A stretch of 64,000 nucleotides of DNA, taken from positions 6,448,001 through 6,512,000 of the forward strand of contig OZ024741.1 of NCBI GenBank assembly GCA_964016885.1. Direction: 5' to 3'. The notes beneath the pieces are model-generated. The model made no database searches, was not told the DNA's origin, and was given only the letters and a program-made list of their open reading frames with translations. Within the stretch, counting starts at the first letter, position 1. Every line of letters starts with the position of its first letter. The position numbers and the translations under genes were made by a program. Source of the DNA: Eledone cirrhosa (lineage: Eukaryota). This document shows positions 26,700-37,878 of this stretch, piece by piece.

Positions 26700-27783
26700 C
26701 AAAGATTCTCAATGGGGGGCGGCATATGCACCCCTGGGGGGGGGGGCAATTCGGAGCTCCAGAGGGGCATTTTTGAGCAAGGGGGCGCTGGGGGGGCTCT
26801 TTACTTTGGTAAATTTTATAAGCCATATTTGTACGTCTGTGAGATAGCCATTGTAAATGCATTTGAATGAAGAAAACAAACAAAATAAATAAAAGAAGCT
26901 TGTCAACGAATTCCCTAGGGAGATAAAAGAAACATGAAAGAAATCAAAGAAAATGAAAATAAGAGCAACGTCAACTATGACAACAGTTACAAGAACAGCT
27001 TCAACAGAAACAAGAAAAGGAACCAATGGTGATGAAAGGTGTAGGTATATACTTATACATACATACGAACATACACACGCATGCATACGTAGTTACATAC
27101 ATACATACACATATATACACACACAGGCCGGTGTTGGTGTTTGATGAGGTTGAAAAACTGTGGTAGTTAATCTCCATAGGTAATAACATTTGGAGACAAA
27201 ATCCTCTCCTTACCAAAAAACATAAATCATGTCACATATACACACACTTAAATATAAATGCATGCATATATATAAATGTATGTATGTATAAGTATGTACA
27301 CGTACATACATATATGTATACAAACGTACAGTAGTATGTATATATATATACATACATATATAAATGTACGTATGGATTCACCGAACATTTATCATAATTC
27401 TCGGTGTGTTTGTAAACAAGCATCCCGTATTAAGCCGTAGTGTCCAGCAACCATCGCTGCTCGTTTGTTCAACACTGACAAAAGAACGCTGTACTAGTTT
27501 CAAGCTTATTAGCTATCGTCAACAACGTATACCTTCCTGTCAGATTGTTGAACGTATATATTTACCTTATGCATATTAACGGCTTAATAGCCCAATTTGC
27601 ATATCGAGTGGGTTAATCGACCGGGTGCACCGAAAACGATAAACGGAAAAAATGAAACGAAATTACATACTACTGCACGTCTGTATACATATATGTATGT
27701 ACGTGTACATACTTATATTTAAGTAACAGCCGTACTAAGAGTGGGAAATGAAATTTCGTTTCATTTTCCCGTGTATGTATGTA

Positions 27784-27850
<67 letters not shown>

Positions 27851-28869
27851 CTTTTTCAGTGTGGTCTACCACTGGTAGTAGGGTCCGTACCGTAGATAGA
27901 ACTCAATGTAATCCAGTAAAATCTGTAGCAAGAAACTTTCCTTTGGCGCATTGATACCCTTTCTGTGTGTGATTTGGCTTAGTTAAGCCAATCGTTGCTC
28001 GCACAAGGATATGTATTTTCAACTTCCACCCAAACGGAAAATTTCCCGCTTCTTTTAATAAATTCGGTCCCTTTGCATAAGGTAAACGCCTATTCTTATT
28101 TTGCTCCGCAATCAACAGCCATTATGTAACACGACAAGTTAACCACAGCCTGGCTTCTCAACTCAGCCATTTCACCGTGTCTTCTCTTCTAAACTCTTAA
28201 TTTGTTTGTTCATTTATTTTGGCATGCCAATCCAGCTCTTCTCACCTTTGTTCATAAATTATGTAAAAACATTGTAAAGTCTTGTGATGCTATTTACCAC
28301 AGTGACAGCCTTTAAATGTGATATGGAAATATTCTTTCCAGAGATATATTCACAGCAATGGAACCTGAGACTTACAGCCGAACCTCAATTCAACTTACAT
28401 TTATTGATATAACAAACCATACTTTTCCAATAACAAACAAATACATTGTTGTTACATATTCTGGTTACATATTATTCGCTGCTAAAAGTATTACTATTCA
28501 TTTAAAAGGGTGACCTCTATTGATATACAAACTCATAAATACAAAGAATAACAATTAACACTTATTCTTTTTATTGCTTCAAATCCATAGAGAAGTTCTG
28601 TGTTTCGCTGAGTTAATTCTTTAGATACAGAGTCATATATTAGGTATTAAATTAACAATGAAAATAAAAACAACAAAGTTATAAAGTAACTTGACTTTGT
28701 TGCTTTTATTTTCATTGATATTTTAATACCATATATATGTAAAAGTTCTATTTAAATTGTTGGGATACAACAAGCAAATATTTTTATAACTGATATAAAG
28801 CACTCAACAAATAATTGGAGTAAAAATACGATATTAACAAATAGAAACTATATTTATAAAACCATATTT

Positions 28870-29243
28870 GGCGATATCCAATTTTAGCGGCCTAAATGCC
28901 GCTTACGTGCTGTAGTTGCTGCTTACTTCAATGTATGAGGCTATTCCAACAAATTTACATTCCCAGAACGAGGAAACTGTGGGGATATGTCGCCGGCCAA
29001 CAAATGGTTTGTACAGGTAAGAGAAGAAGGGAGAACCCCCCCTCTCTCTGTGCTCCCTGGCAGAAAGGTCGCACACTTTCTACGGGAGTGTGTGTGACCC
29101 CAAAAGGCTAATAAATCGCAAAAAAAAAAACTAAATAAATCTATATTTCTTTTAACGGCTAAAAAAAGGGGAATGTAAATTTGTTGGAATAGCCTCATAC
29201 ATTGAAGTAAGCGGCATTTAGGCCGCTAAAATTGGATATCGCC
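28870..29243. mobile_element. Merlin-like MITE with ~75-bp TIRs and an internal Tx1 3'-end fragment
   Basis: TIR GGCGATATCCAATTTTAGCGGCCTAAATGCCGCTTAC...ACATTCCC and its reverse complement. Perfect 8-bp TSD CCATATTT (28862-28869, 29244-29251). GG-initiated TIR with an 8-bp TSD fits Merlin; the superfamily call is inference. Confidence 0.8.
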
Positions 29244-29250
29244 CCATATT

Positions 29251-29315
29251 TATTTCATTATACATATTTCAAGGACACCAAGTTAAATTATGGTGTGCTT
29301 TCATCAGATAAAATA
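29251..29315 (-). ncRNA. Type I minimal hammerhead ribozyme
   Basis: Minus strand reads TATTTTAT-CTGATGA-AAGCACACCA-TAATTTAACT-TGGTGTCCTT-GAAA-TATGT-ATA-ATGAAATA. 8-bp stem I, stem II, intact core, short self-complementary stem III, NUH = AUA. Confidence 0.8.
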
Positions 29316-29540
29316 TAATATAGAGCAGTTTTATAAATAAATATTGACATACCCTTAAAGAATGCAACCATTACTGTTGGAAGCTCCGGGAGCTTCCAAC
29401 AGTAATGGTTGCATTCTTGTCAATATTCATGTCAATATTTATTTATAAAACTGCTCTATATTATATTTTATCTGATGAAAGCACACCATAATTTAACTTG
29501 GTGTCTTTGAAATAAATATAGTTTCCATTTGTTAATATCG

Positions 29541-29580
<40 letters not shown>

Positions 29581-29829
29581 TAAATACGTCTTTTTTTTTT
29601 CAAAATTATATAATTTGAAATAGCTTGCTTTTGTTTTGGACTGAAACTTTTTTGTATTTAATTTGTACGAATATTTTTTAAAAGATTCTAACATAACTTG
29701 ATTTGGCCCAGTAATCTACTGATATCAAAAGCAGTAATGTACTGAAAAATGGAAAAATAGAGTAGGGGGCGTTTCGTGATTTTGGGGGGCAAAAGGAGGC
29801 GTTAGGTCGAAATGGGTTGAGAACCTGTG

Positions 29830-32040
29830 GTGTAGATCACCAATACTGGCGAAGTAGTCATGTAGATCACCAATACTGGGGAGGGTATCATATAGATCAC
29901 CAATACTGGGAGCGTGTCTTGTAGATCACCAATACTGGGAGGGTGTCTTGTAGATCACCAATACTGGGAGCGTGTCATGTAGATCACCAATACTGGGAGG
30001 GTGTCTTGTAGATCACCAATACTGGGAGGGTGTCTTGTAGATCACCAATACTGGGAGGGTGTCTTGTAGATCACCAATACTGGGAGGGTGTCTTGTAGAT
30101 CACCAATACTGGGAGCGTGTCATGTAGATCACCAATACTGGGAGGGTGTCTTGTAGATCACCAATACTGGGAGGGTGTCTTGTAGATCACCAATACTGGG
30201 AGCGTGTCATGTAGATCACCAATACTGGGAGGGTGTCTTGTAGATCACCAATACTGGGAGGGTGTCTTGTAGATCACCAATACTGGGAGCGTGTCTTGTA
30301 GATCACCAATACTGGGAGGGTGTCTTGTAGATCACCAATACTGGGAGGGTGTCTTGTAGATCACCAATACTGGGAGGGTGTCATGTAGATCACCAATACT
30401 GGGGAGTATGTCTTGTAGATCACCAATACTGGGGAGGGTATCATATAGATCACCAATACTGGGGAGTATGTCTTGTAGATCACCAATACTGGGAGGGTGT
30501 CATGTAGATCACCAATACTGGCGAAGTAGTCATGTAGATCACCAATACTGGGGAGGGTATCATATAGATCACCAATACTGGGAGCGTGTCTTGTAGATCA
30601 CCAATACTGGGAGGGTGTCTTGTAGATCACCAATACTGGGAGGGTGTCTTGTAGATCACCAATACTGGGAGGGTGTCATGTAGATCACCAATACTGGGGA
30701 GTATGTCTTGTAGATCACCAATACTGGGGAGGGTATCATATAGATCACCAATACTGGGGAGTATGTCTTGTAGATCACCAATACTGGGAGGGTGTCATGT
30801 AGATCACCAATACTGGCGAAGTAGTCATGTAGATCACCAATACTGGGGAGGGTATCATATAGATCACCAATACTGGGAGCGTGTCTTGTAGATCACCAAT
30901 ACTGGGAGGGTGTCTTGTAGATCACCAATACTGGGAGCGTGTCATGTAGATCACCAATACTGGGAGGGTGTCTTGTAGATCACCAATACTGGGAGGGTGT
31001 CTTGTAGATCACCAATACTGGGAGCGTGTCTTGTAGATCACCAATACTGGGAGGGTGTCTTGTAGATCACCAATACTGGGAGGGTGTCTTGTAGATCACC
31101 AATACTGGGAGGGTGTCATGTAGATCACCAATACTGGGGAGTATGTCTTGTAGATCACCAATACTGGGGAGGGTATCATAGATCACCAATACTGGGGAGT
31201 ATGTCTTGTAGATCACCAATACTGGGAGCGTGTCATGTAGATCACCAATACTGGGAGCGTGTCTTGTAGATCACCAATACTGGGAGGGTGTCTTGTAGAT
31301 CACCAATACTGGGAGCGTGTCATGTAGATCACCAATACTGGGAGGGTGTCTTGTAGATCACCAATACTGGGAGGGTGTCTTGTAGATCACCAATACTGGG
31401 AGCGTGTCTTGTAGATCACCAATACTGGGAGGGTGTCTTGTAGATCACCAATACTGGGAGGGTGTCTTGTAGATCACCAATACTGGGAGGGTGTCATGTA
31501 GATCACCAATACTGGGGAGTATGTCTTGTAGATCACCAATACTGGGGAGGGTATCATATAGATCACCAATACTGGGGAGTATGTCTTGTAGATCACCAAT
31601 ACTGGGAGCGTGTCATGTAGATCACCAATACTGGGAGCGTGTCTTGTAGATCACCAATACTGGGAGGGTGTCTTGTAGATCACCAATACTGGGAGGGTGT
31701 CTTGTAGATCACCAATACTGGGAGGGTGTCATGTAGATCACCAATACTGGGGAGTATGTCTTGTAGATCACCAATACTGGGGAGGGTATCATATAGATCA
31801 CCAATACTGGGGAGGGTATCATAGTTCACCAATACTGGGAGCGTGTCATGTAGATCACCAATACTGGGAGGGTGTCATGTAGATCACCAATACTGGGAGG
31901 GTGTCATGTAGATCACCAATACTGGGGAGGGTATCATAGATCACCAATACTGGGGAGTATGTCTTGTAGATCACCAATACTGGGAGGGTGTCATGTAGAT
32001 CACTAATACTGGGAGGGTGGCATGTACATCATCAATACAG
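29830..32040. repeat. 29-30-bp tandem satellite, consensus GTAGATCACCAATACTGGGAGGGTGTCTT
   Basis: Seen directly. A 295-bp higher-order duplication gives identical ORFs at 30378 and 30673. Confidence 0.97.
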
Positions 32041-32424
32041 GTTTGAGGGCATTGGTAAGCTCTTTACTTTGGTAAGTTTTATAAGCCATATTTGTATGTC
32101 TCTGAGACAGCCAATGTGAATGCATTTAATGAGCATGCAGACAGCATAACTATAGTCTGACTGCAGGTGTAAGCAGGCATGTCTAGACATTAACTGGCAA
32201 TTGAGATCCTAAAAATAGAAAAACCCACAGTCAACTGGGTCAAGGACACTTTGAGCACAGCCAGTTAGAATCTTGTCTTTCCTTCACCGATAACAATGTA
32301 TTTCATGTCTGAAATTATTGACTCAACCTCAAGTTAACACTATGTAGATATATTTTATTCCCAATTGTATAAATAATATTACAAATAAAATAAAGAAAAA
32401 GAAAAGGAAAACAGAAAAGAAAAA

Positions 32425-32948
32425 GCACAGACGCAGGTAGCACACACATCTAGGACCACATACAACACACAAGCAGGTAATACACACATCTAGGATCACA
32501 TACAATACACAAGCAGGTAACACAGACTTCTGGGACTACTTACAACACACAAGCAGGTAACACACACTTCTGGGACCACATACAACATAAACAGGTAATA
32601 CATACAGCTGGGACCACATACAACACACCAGCAGGTAATACATACATCTAGGACCACATGCAACACACGAGCAGGTAATACTCACATCTAGGACCACATA
32701 CAACACACAAGTAGGTAATACATACATCTAGGACCACATGCAATACATAAGGAGGTAATACACACATCTAGGACCACATACAACACACAAACAGGTAACA
32801 CACTTCTGGGACCACATACAACACACAAACAGGTAATACATACAGCTGGGACCACATGCAACACATAAGTTGGTAGCACACACTTTGGGGACCACATAAA
32901 ACATACAGGCAAGTAATACATACATCTAGGACCACATATAACACACAT
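32425..32948. repeat. ~40-bp minisatellite (ACAACACACAAGCAGGTAATACACACATCTAGGACCACAT) inside hAT element B
   Basis: About 13 diverged copies running directly into the transposase CATDG motif. Confidence 0.9.
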
Positions 32949-32949
32949 T

Positions 32950-33672
32950 GTATTATGTGCTACAGACGGCACGAGAGCAATGGTCGGCCAACATAAGGGT
33001 TTCGTCACTCTTCTGGAGAAAATCCATCTGTATTTGATGTTTATTGTGTCATTCATTGACAACACTTGGCTACAAAGAAACTCAGCGATCCGCTGAGCAA
33101 GTCTTTGCTGGTAGCCATTAATGTCATCAATTTTATCAAATGCCATGCCTTCAATGAACGAATTTTGTGCCATGATAATGATGAAAAATTTGTTGCGTTG
33201 CTCCGTCATACTGAAGTGAGGTGGCTTTCAAAGGGCAAGTGCTTTACTCGCTTCTTTGAACTGTTCGACTCTATCATTTAGTTTCTTCGAGGACGCAACA
33301 CAACTGTACAAGAAAACCCTCGATGTGAGGCAAGACTGCGCCTACCTTACTGACATCTTCGACAAATGCAATTGAACTTCAAACAGATGACATGATCAAA
33401 ATTAGATTTTCCAAAATAGGTGAACCCCTTTTTTGCAGGAGGAAATTCAGTGTCAATTTCCACTCCTACATGCAGAGGCTAAGAGATTTTCTCTGCCTTT
33501 TCCAAGCTCATACTTAGTCGAGAGGAGGTTTGGTGCTGTTTCCAGACTGCACAGTAAGGCTCACAACTGCTACAATATAATTAAACGTGGAGATCTCCGG
33601 CTACATCTTACGAAAATCCAACCTGACGTCAAAGCGTTAGCTAGACTCCATGAAGCTCAAGGGTCCCATTGA
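32950..33672 (+). pseudogene. hAT transposase remnant (ZBED5/SCAND3-like)
   Basis: CATDGTRAMVGQHKGF, CVIH, LLRHTEVRWLSKG, FPSSYLVE, GDLRL..T.IQPD...HEAQGSH* motifs, with stops and frameshifts. Confidence 0.9.
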
Positions 33673-34434
33673 AATGAGGTCAAAGTTAAAGTAAGTTGAT
33701 TTATTCGAAAACTTGGCTATGCTATTGTCACAAAGCAAACTAACAATTTTTTTTATTTGTAGTTGCAGTCTGACTGGACTGGAAACCGTCTACTACAATT
33801 CATTTACTCATTTGTTGTATATATTTTACCATTTACTAATAAATAAACCCTCTTACGTGGTCATGAAAATCCTCTTCCGTGGTCTCTAAGCTCACAAAGT
33901 GCAGGGGACAGCAAGTTAAATATCAACATTTATTCTGTCCGTTTCATTAAAGGGAAAATGGGAAAGCTTTGAAATGATATAATTGCTACTTTCTTCCAGA
34001 TAAGAGCACTCTTTGGATAGACAGAGTTGCTCTTGTATAAATGTTCAAAATAGCTGGTATCGCCTGGTGGGAATATAACAAATTCAACTGGTCCTTATTC
34101 ATAAAAAGGAACATTTCTTTTTTTGAAATTTATATACTTCCTTTCAAGGAATGTATTTATACTCTCAATAGCCTGCAGTGGTATCTTTGGAATATTGTTA
34201 ATTGTTTAGGAATCTACTGATATCAAAGTTAGTAGTATATGGAAAAAAAGGGGGCGGGGGCGTTTCGTGATTTCAAGGAGCAGGCGTTTGGCCTAAATGG
34301 ATTGAGAACCTGTGATTTAGACAATCAATGTAATATACAAATTTGACTGGAAACATGAAAGTTGTAAACTTCATCATTGAAACTGTTTCATTGGACACAC
34401 AGCTACAACACTTTCATTGGTTAACCATGTACTT

Positions 34435-34555
34435 ACGATGGTCAGCTGAAAGGTTCATAGGCTGACTCTGAAGGAGTGATGCTAGAGCTGTGAAATCTTG
34501 TATGCTTTAATTTGAACTGTTCTTATTAATAACTGCATTGTTTCTTTCCATCCAT
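34435..34555 (+). mobile_element. Mariner-type TIR/5' fragment
   Basis: TA-CGATGGTCAGCTGAAAGGTTCATAGGCTGAC resembles mariner TIR starts (TACGAGGG...AAAAGTT). No partner TIR found. Confidence 0.45.
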
Positions 34556-34595
34556 GAAAGTATGTATGTGTGTGTGTATATATATATATACATAT

Positions 34596-34925
34596 ATCAT
34601 CATTTCATTTTACGTCCGCTTTTTCCCTGCTTACAAGGGTGAGACGGGAACTGATTCTGGCTTGATTTCTACAGCTGGATGCCCTTCCTAACACCAACCT
34701 CATTTACAGTGAGTACTGGGTGCTTTTTTGCCATGGCACATCCACGACCACTTTACAGTGGAATGATAGGGACCCCAGTCCCTATCATCTCATTTCTACA
34801 GCTGAGAAAACTGGAGCAATAAAGTGTCTTGCTCAAGGAAACAACACATCACCCGGTCTGAGAATTGAACTCACAACCTTTCGATTGCAAGGCCAATGCT
34901 CTAACCACTAAGCCATGTGCCTCCA
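34596..34925 (-). mobile_element. tRNA-derived SINE with a CORE-like domain and an RTE-derived 3' tail
   Basis: Minus strand has A box TGGCTTAGTGG, B box GTTCAATTC and CCTTGAGCAAGACACTT. The 3' part closely matches the RTE 3' UTR at 21716-21960 and ends in ATG repeats. Confidence 0.8.
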
Positions 34926-34930
34926 TATAT

Positions 34931-35280
34931 ATATGAAAGGATTCAGGACCCCAATGGCTGAGCTCCGGCCGTTTTGACACCTAGATCCGAACAGTTCAGA
35001 TCTAGGTATCGAAACGGCCGGAGCTCAGCCATTGGGGTCCTGAATCCTTTCATATTACCACTCTACTACCCCAAGTATTGAGTACTAGCTGGTTTTTACC
35101 ACACTGTATCTGATATATATATTGGATAACAAGTTATCGTTATATGTGATCCACTTAGAGGTAGTCCGGTTAGAGTACTCCGTGTTGTGAATGGTTTTAA
35201 CCTGCGGCTTAGTTTGACTCAACAAGATGCTTCAAATAAAGCCCTTTTTGTACAGCCAACCATGTTACTCTTCTTTCTTT
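34931..35280. mobile_element. PLE-type pLTR remnant with a 125-bp near-perfect palindrome (34931-35055)
   Basis: Palindrome seen directly. GAAACGGC-cggagctca-GCC and the downstream ATTACCACTCTACTACCCCAAGTATTGAGTACT match the PLE pLTR at 24173-24250. Confidence 0.72.
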
Positions 35281-35294
35281 AACTATATATATAT

Positions 35295-35879
35295 CATCAT
35301 CATCATCATCATCATCACCGTTTTACGTCCGTTCTTCCACGCTAGCATGGGTTAGACGGGTTGTCCTGTTGTGGGCAGTGTCTGGTCGGCTGACCATGCC
35401 TTGCTCATACAGGAACTGATCAGGCTTGATTTCTACAGCTGAATGCCCTTCCTAACACAAACCTCATTTACAGTGAGTGCTGGGTGCTTTTTCGTGGCGC
35501 CTACACGTCCACTTTACAGTGTGGGCTGGGTGCTTTTTTGCCGTGGCACCTCCACGACCACCTTGCGGTGGGGGCATATTGTTTATATGCTTCAGCATGT
35601 ACCCATGGGAGGTCGGGTACCCTGTATTACTGCGTGATGCCAGAAGTCACGGTCGTGTGTCATTGACTTTGAGAGGTGTAGTTGGGTAAGGTCGGCTTTT
35701 ATCACCTCATCCCAAGTCATCTTGGGTCTCCCCACTCCGCGGTTTCCATCAACTTCTAGTGCTCTGCACCTTTTTATGCAGCTGTCATCCTTCATACGCA
35801 TCACATGTCCATACCAGCGTAACCGCCTCTCCTGCACGCAGCATTTGATTCCTCTTATGCTCAGTCTCTCTCTCAATTC
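35295..35879 (-). mobile_element. RTE-clade LINE 3' fragment, close paralogue of 21692-22290
   Basis: ORF 35592-35876 is nearly identical to the C-terminus of ORF 22000-22932. Same 3' UTR and (CAT)n tail. Confidence 0.93.
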
Positions 35880-36104
35880 CTATATATATATATATAATAT
35901 ATATAAACAAGTATTGCACCAAGAAAAATAAAACGTTGGCGTGAAGAGATTATAAATTTATTTCCTTTAACATATGTTTCTCTCTATTATAATTGTCTAC
36001 ATGTGCTGACTACAATATATATTGTTCAAAATATACTCCGTGATCTCTTCTCGACCTATATACCATATTCCTCTACTTGGATATTTATGTTATATGATTC
36101 AAAG

Positions 36105-36480
36105 GATACCGTCCAGTCAAACTCTCTGGTTTGCTGCCGAGTGCTGCATGGCTGGAATGAAAATCAGTGTTGTGAAAACTGAAACACTCGTCCTCTAAAG
36201 GAAGCCTGTACAGTGCACTTTACAGGAGAATGGAGTTCCACTGAAGCAGGTAGAGAAGTTCAAATATCACGAGTGATGGAAGGCAGGAGGTCGAATTAAG
36301 TGCAGGAGCTGGTGCAGTAATGTGCCAACTTCAGCACTCAGTAACCAGAAGAAGGGAGGTAGGTGTAAAAGACAAACTCGCTATCTTCAATTCGGTATTG
36401 GTGCCAACCCTTACCTATGGTCATGAATACAAGGGGCCAAGATGGGGTTCCTCCGAAGGATCTTTGGAGTAACATTTCTT
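36105..36480 (+). mobile_element. Old degenerate LINE RT fragment (RTE-like)
   Basis: Manual translation FAAEC.MAGMKISVVKTETLVL*RKPVQCTL..NGVPLKQVEKFKY...IFNSVLVPTLTYGHE. Confidence 0.7.
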
Positions 36481-37439
36481 GATAGCATTCAAAGCTGGGA
36501 GATGAAAGATTAACTACCAGCAGAGGCACTGCTGAACCGAGAGGACACAGCTCCCATACTATAGGCACGTGGTTAGATGAAGAAGGAGGAGGAGGTTTGT
36601 AAATTATAGGCAGTTTCTCATTAGAAATATGGTGTCAACATTGCAGCAAAATATTAATGAAAAGTCAAAATATGATTTTCTAGGATTAAAGTTTCGTTTT
36701 GAATGTAGCATGTGCATTTTATTTTTTTTTTTTTTACGATAAAGAAAGAAATATTTGGATACGATTAAAAATAAATGTTTAAAATTTCCTGAACATGAAA
36801 AAAGTGTTCAGGGGAGACAACTTTTATTTAATATATTGACTGTCCAAAACACCTTTTGAAAAACGAATTCTTTTCCCGGTTTTTTTTTGGTTTTTTTTGT
36901 AGCACTGGACAACAATTACTAACTTTAGTTTGTCTAATTATGGACATGTATCAACACACTTTCTCTTGTTACTCTGAAGAATCTAAACTTCAGGTCATCA
37001 TTTAGATCAGATTTCTATATTGTTGCTAACTGCTGACCAAGCTTGAAGTATATTGGTTTTAATATCCAGCAGACATCATTACCTCAACTCTTTAGCATTT
37101 GTATTACTCCATTAACTATTGTATTTTTGTGGTAAAGGCTTTATCTCACATAATATGGAAACTATGAGATTTTGATATTATTTATTTTGAAAACAATACC
37201 TTAAAGACTGTATGAGTGGCCAGTTAAGGCTGGTTTGAACAGAAAGAGGTGAGAGAATCTGGCCGGTTTAAATGCTAAAGTGTTAAAAGGACATAAGCTA
37301 AAAGAGATGAAGGATTTCAAGTATCTTAGAGACAGGATAATAAACTCAATGAAGATTCATTTAATACTATAACAATGACTTCATTTCACAGTACTTTTAT
37401 TAATACAAATCTTGTGATATTTATGGTCACTGGATCTTA

Positions 37440-37630
37440 TTCTTCTTCATCCACTTATTTCTGAGAGGGGGACAAACTATTCAAACACTCCTTTCAATGG
37501 GTCCTGTTAGAAGCAACTGTCTCCGATTGATCCAGCTGGAACCCCAAGCGAGACCAGCCAAGCTCATGGATGTTATCCAACCATCTTGCTCTGGGTCTCT
37601 TGACAGTTGGTTTTGCTTGTAAAATGTGTC
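37440..37630 (-). mobile_element. Old RTE-like LINE C-terminal fragment
   Basis: RIARHILQAKPTVKRPRARWLDNI resembles the RTE C-terminal GRPRxRWxD motif. Confidence 0.55.
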
Positions 37631-37878
37631 TAGCAATTCTTTCCTTAATTGATAAAATGAAAATTGAAACTATTGATATGTGAATTCTTTGGATTAGCAG
37701 AAGAGATTCTGCTGCTTTAGACAAATCTAACCAAAAGAAAAAAGATCAGCATATTAAAATTGGTAAATGGTACCCTCAGTTCTTAATAAATGCCATATAA
37801 ACTATAAAGAATATTCCAATTAGGACCATATTGGCGTCAGAAAATGGACTCAAAGAAAAACAACCCATCAAATGTTAT

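Larger units (their letters stand above)
28829..29540. mobile_element. Divergent inverted pair of PLE-type pLTRs (palindrome centred ~29388); left arm interrupted by the MITE
   Basis: 29263-29387 mirrors 29389-29514. CGATATTAACAAATAGAAACTATATTT (28829) mirrors 29514-29540. Both arms contain a CTGATGA...GAAA core. Confidence 0.75.
26700..29829 (+). mobile_element. Non-autonomous hAT (Buster/Charlie-type) element A with nested insertions
   Basis: TIRs CAAAGATTCTCAA / TTGAGAACCTGTG (11/13). 8-bp TSD GTGTTGAT (26692-26699) / GTGTAGAT (29830-29837). Subterminal blocks are shared with element B (26788-26870 ~ 32060-32130; 29714-29829 ~ 34213-34314). Confidence 0.82.
32040..34314 (+). mobile_element. 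hAT element B (Buster/ZBED5/SCAND3-type), internally deleted, no left TIR recognisable
   Basis: Right TIR TTGAGAACCTGTG at ~34302-34314. Subterminal homology to element A. Transposase remnants inside. Confidence 0.85.

Noticed and set aside
29830-32040. CRISPR-like array (constant TAGATCACCAATACTGG plus variable segment)
   Set aside because: The variable parts are only 12-13 nt, are recurrent variants of one sequence, have no cas genes nearby, and sit in a eukaryotic context.
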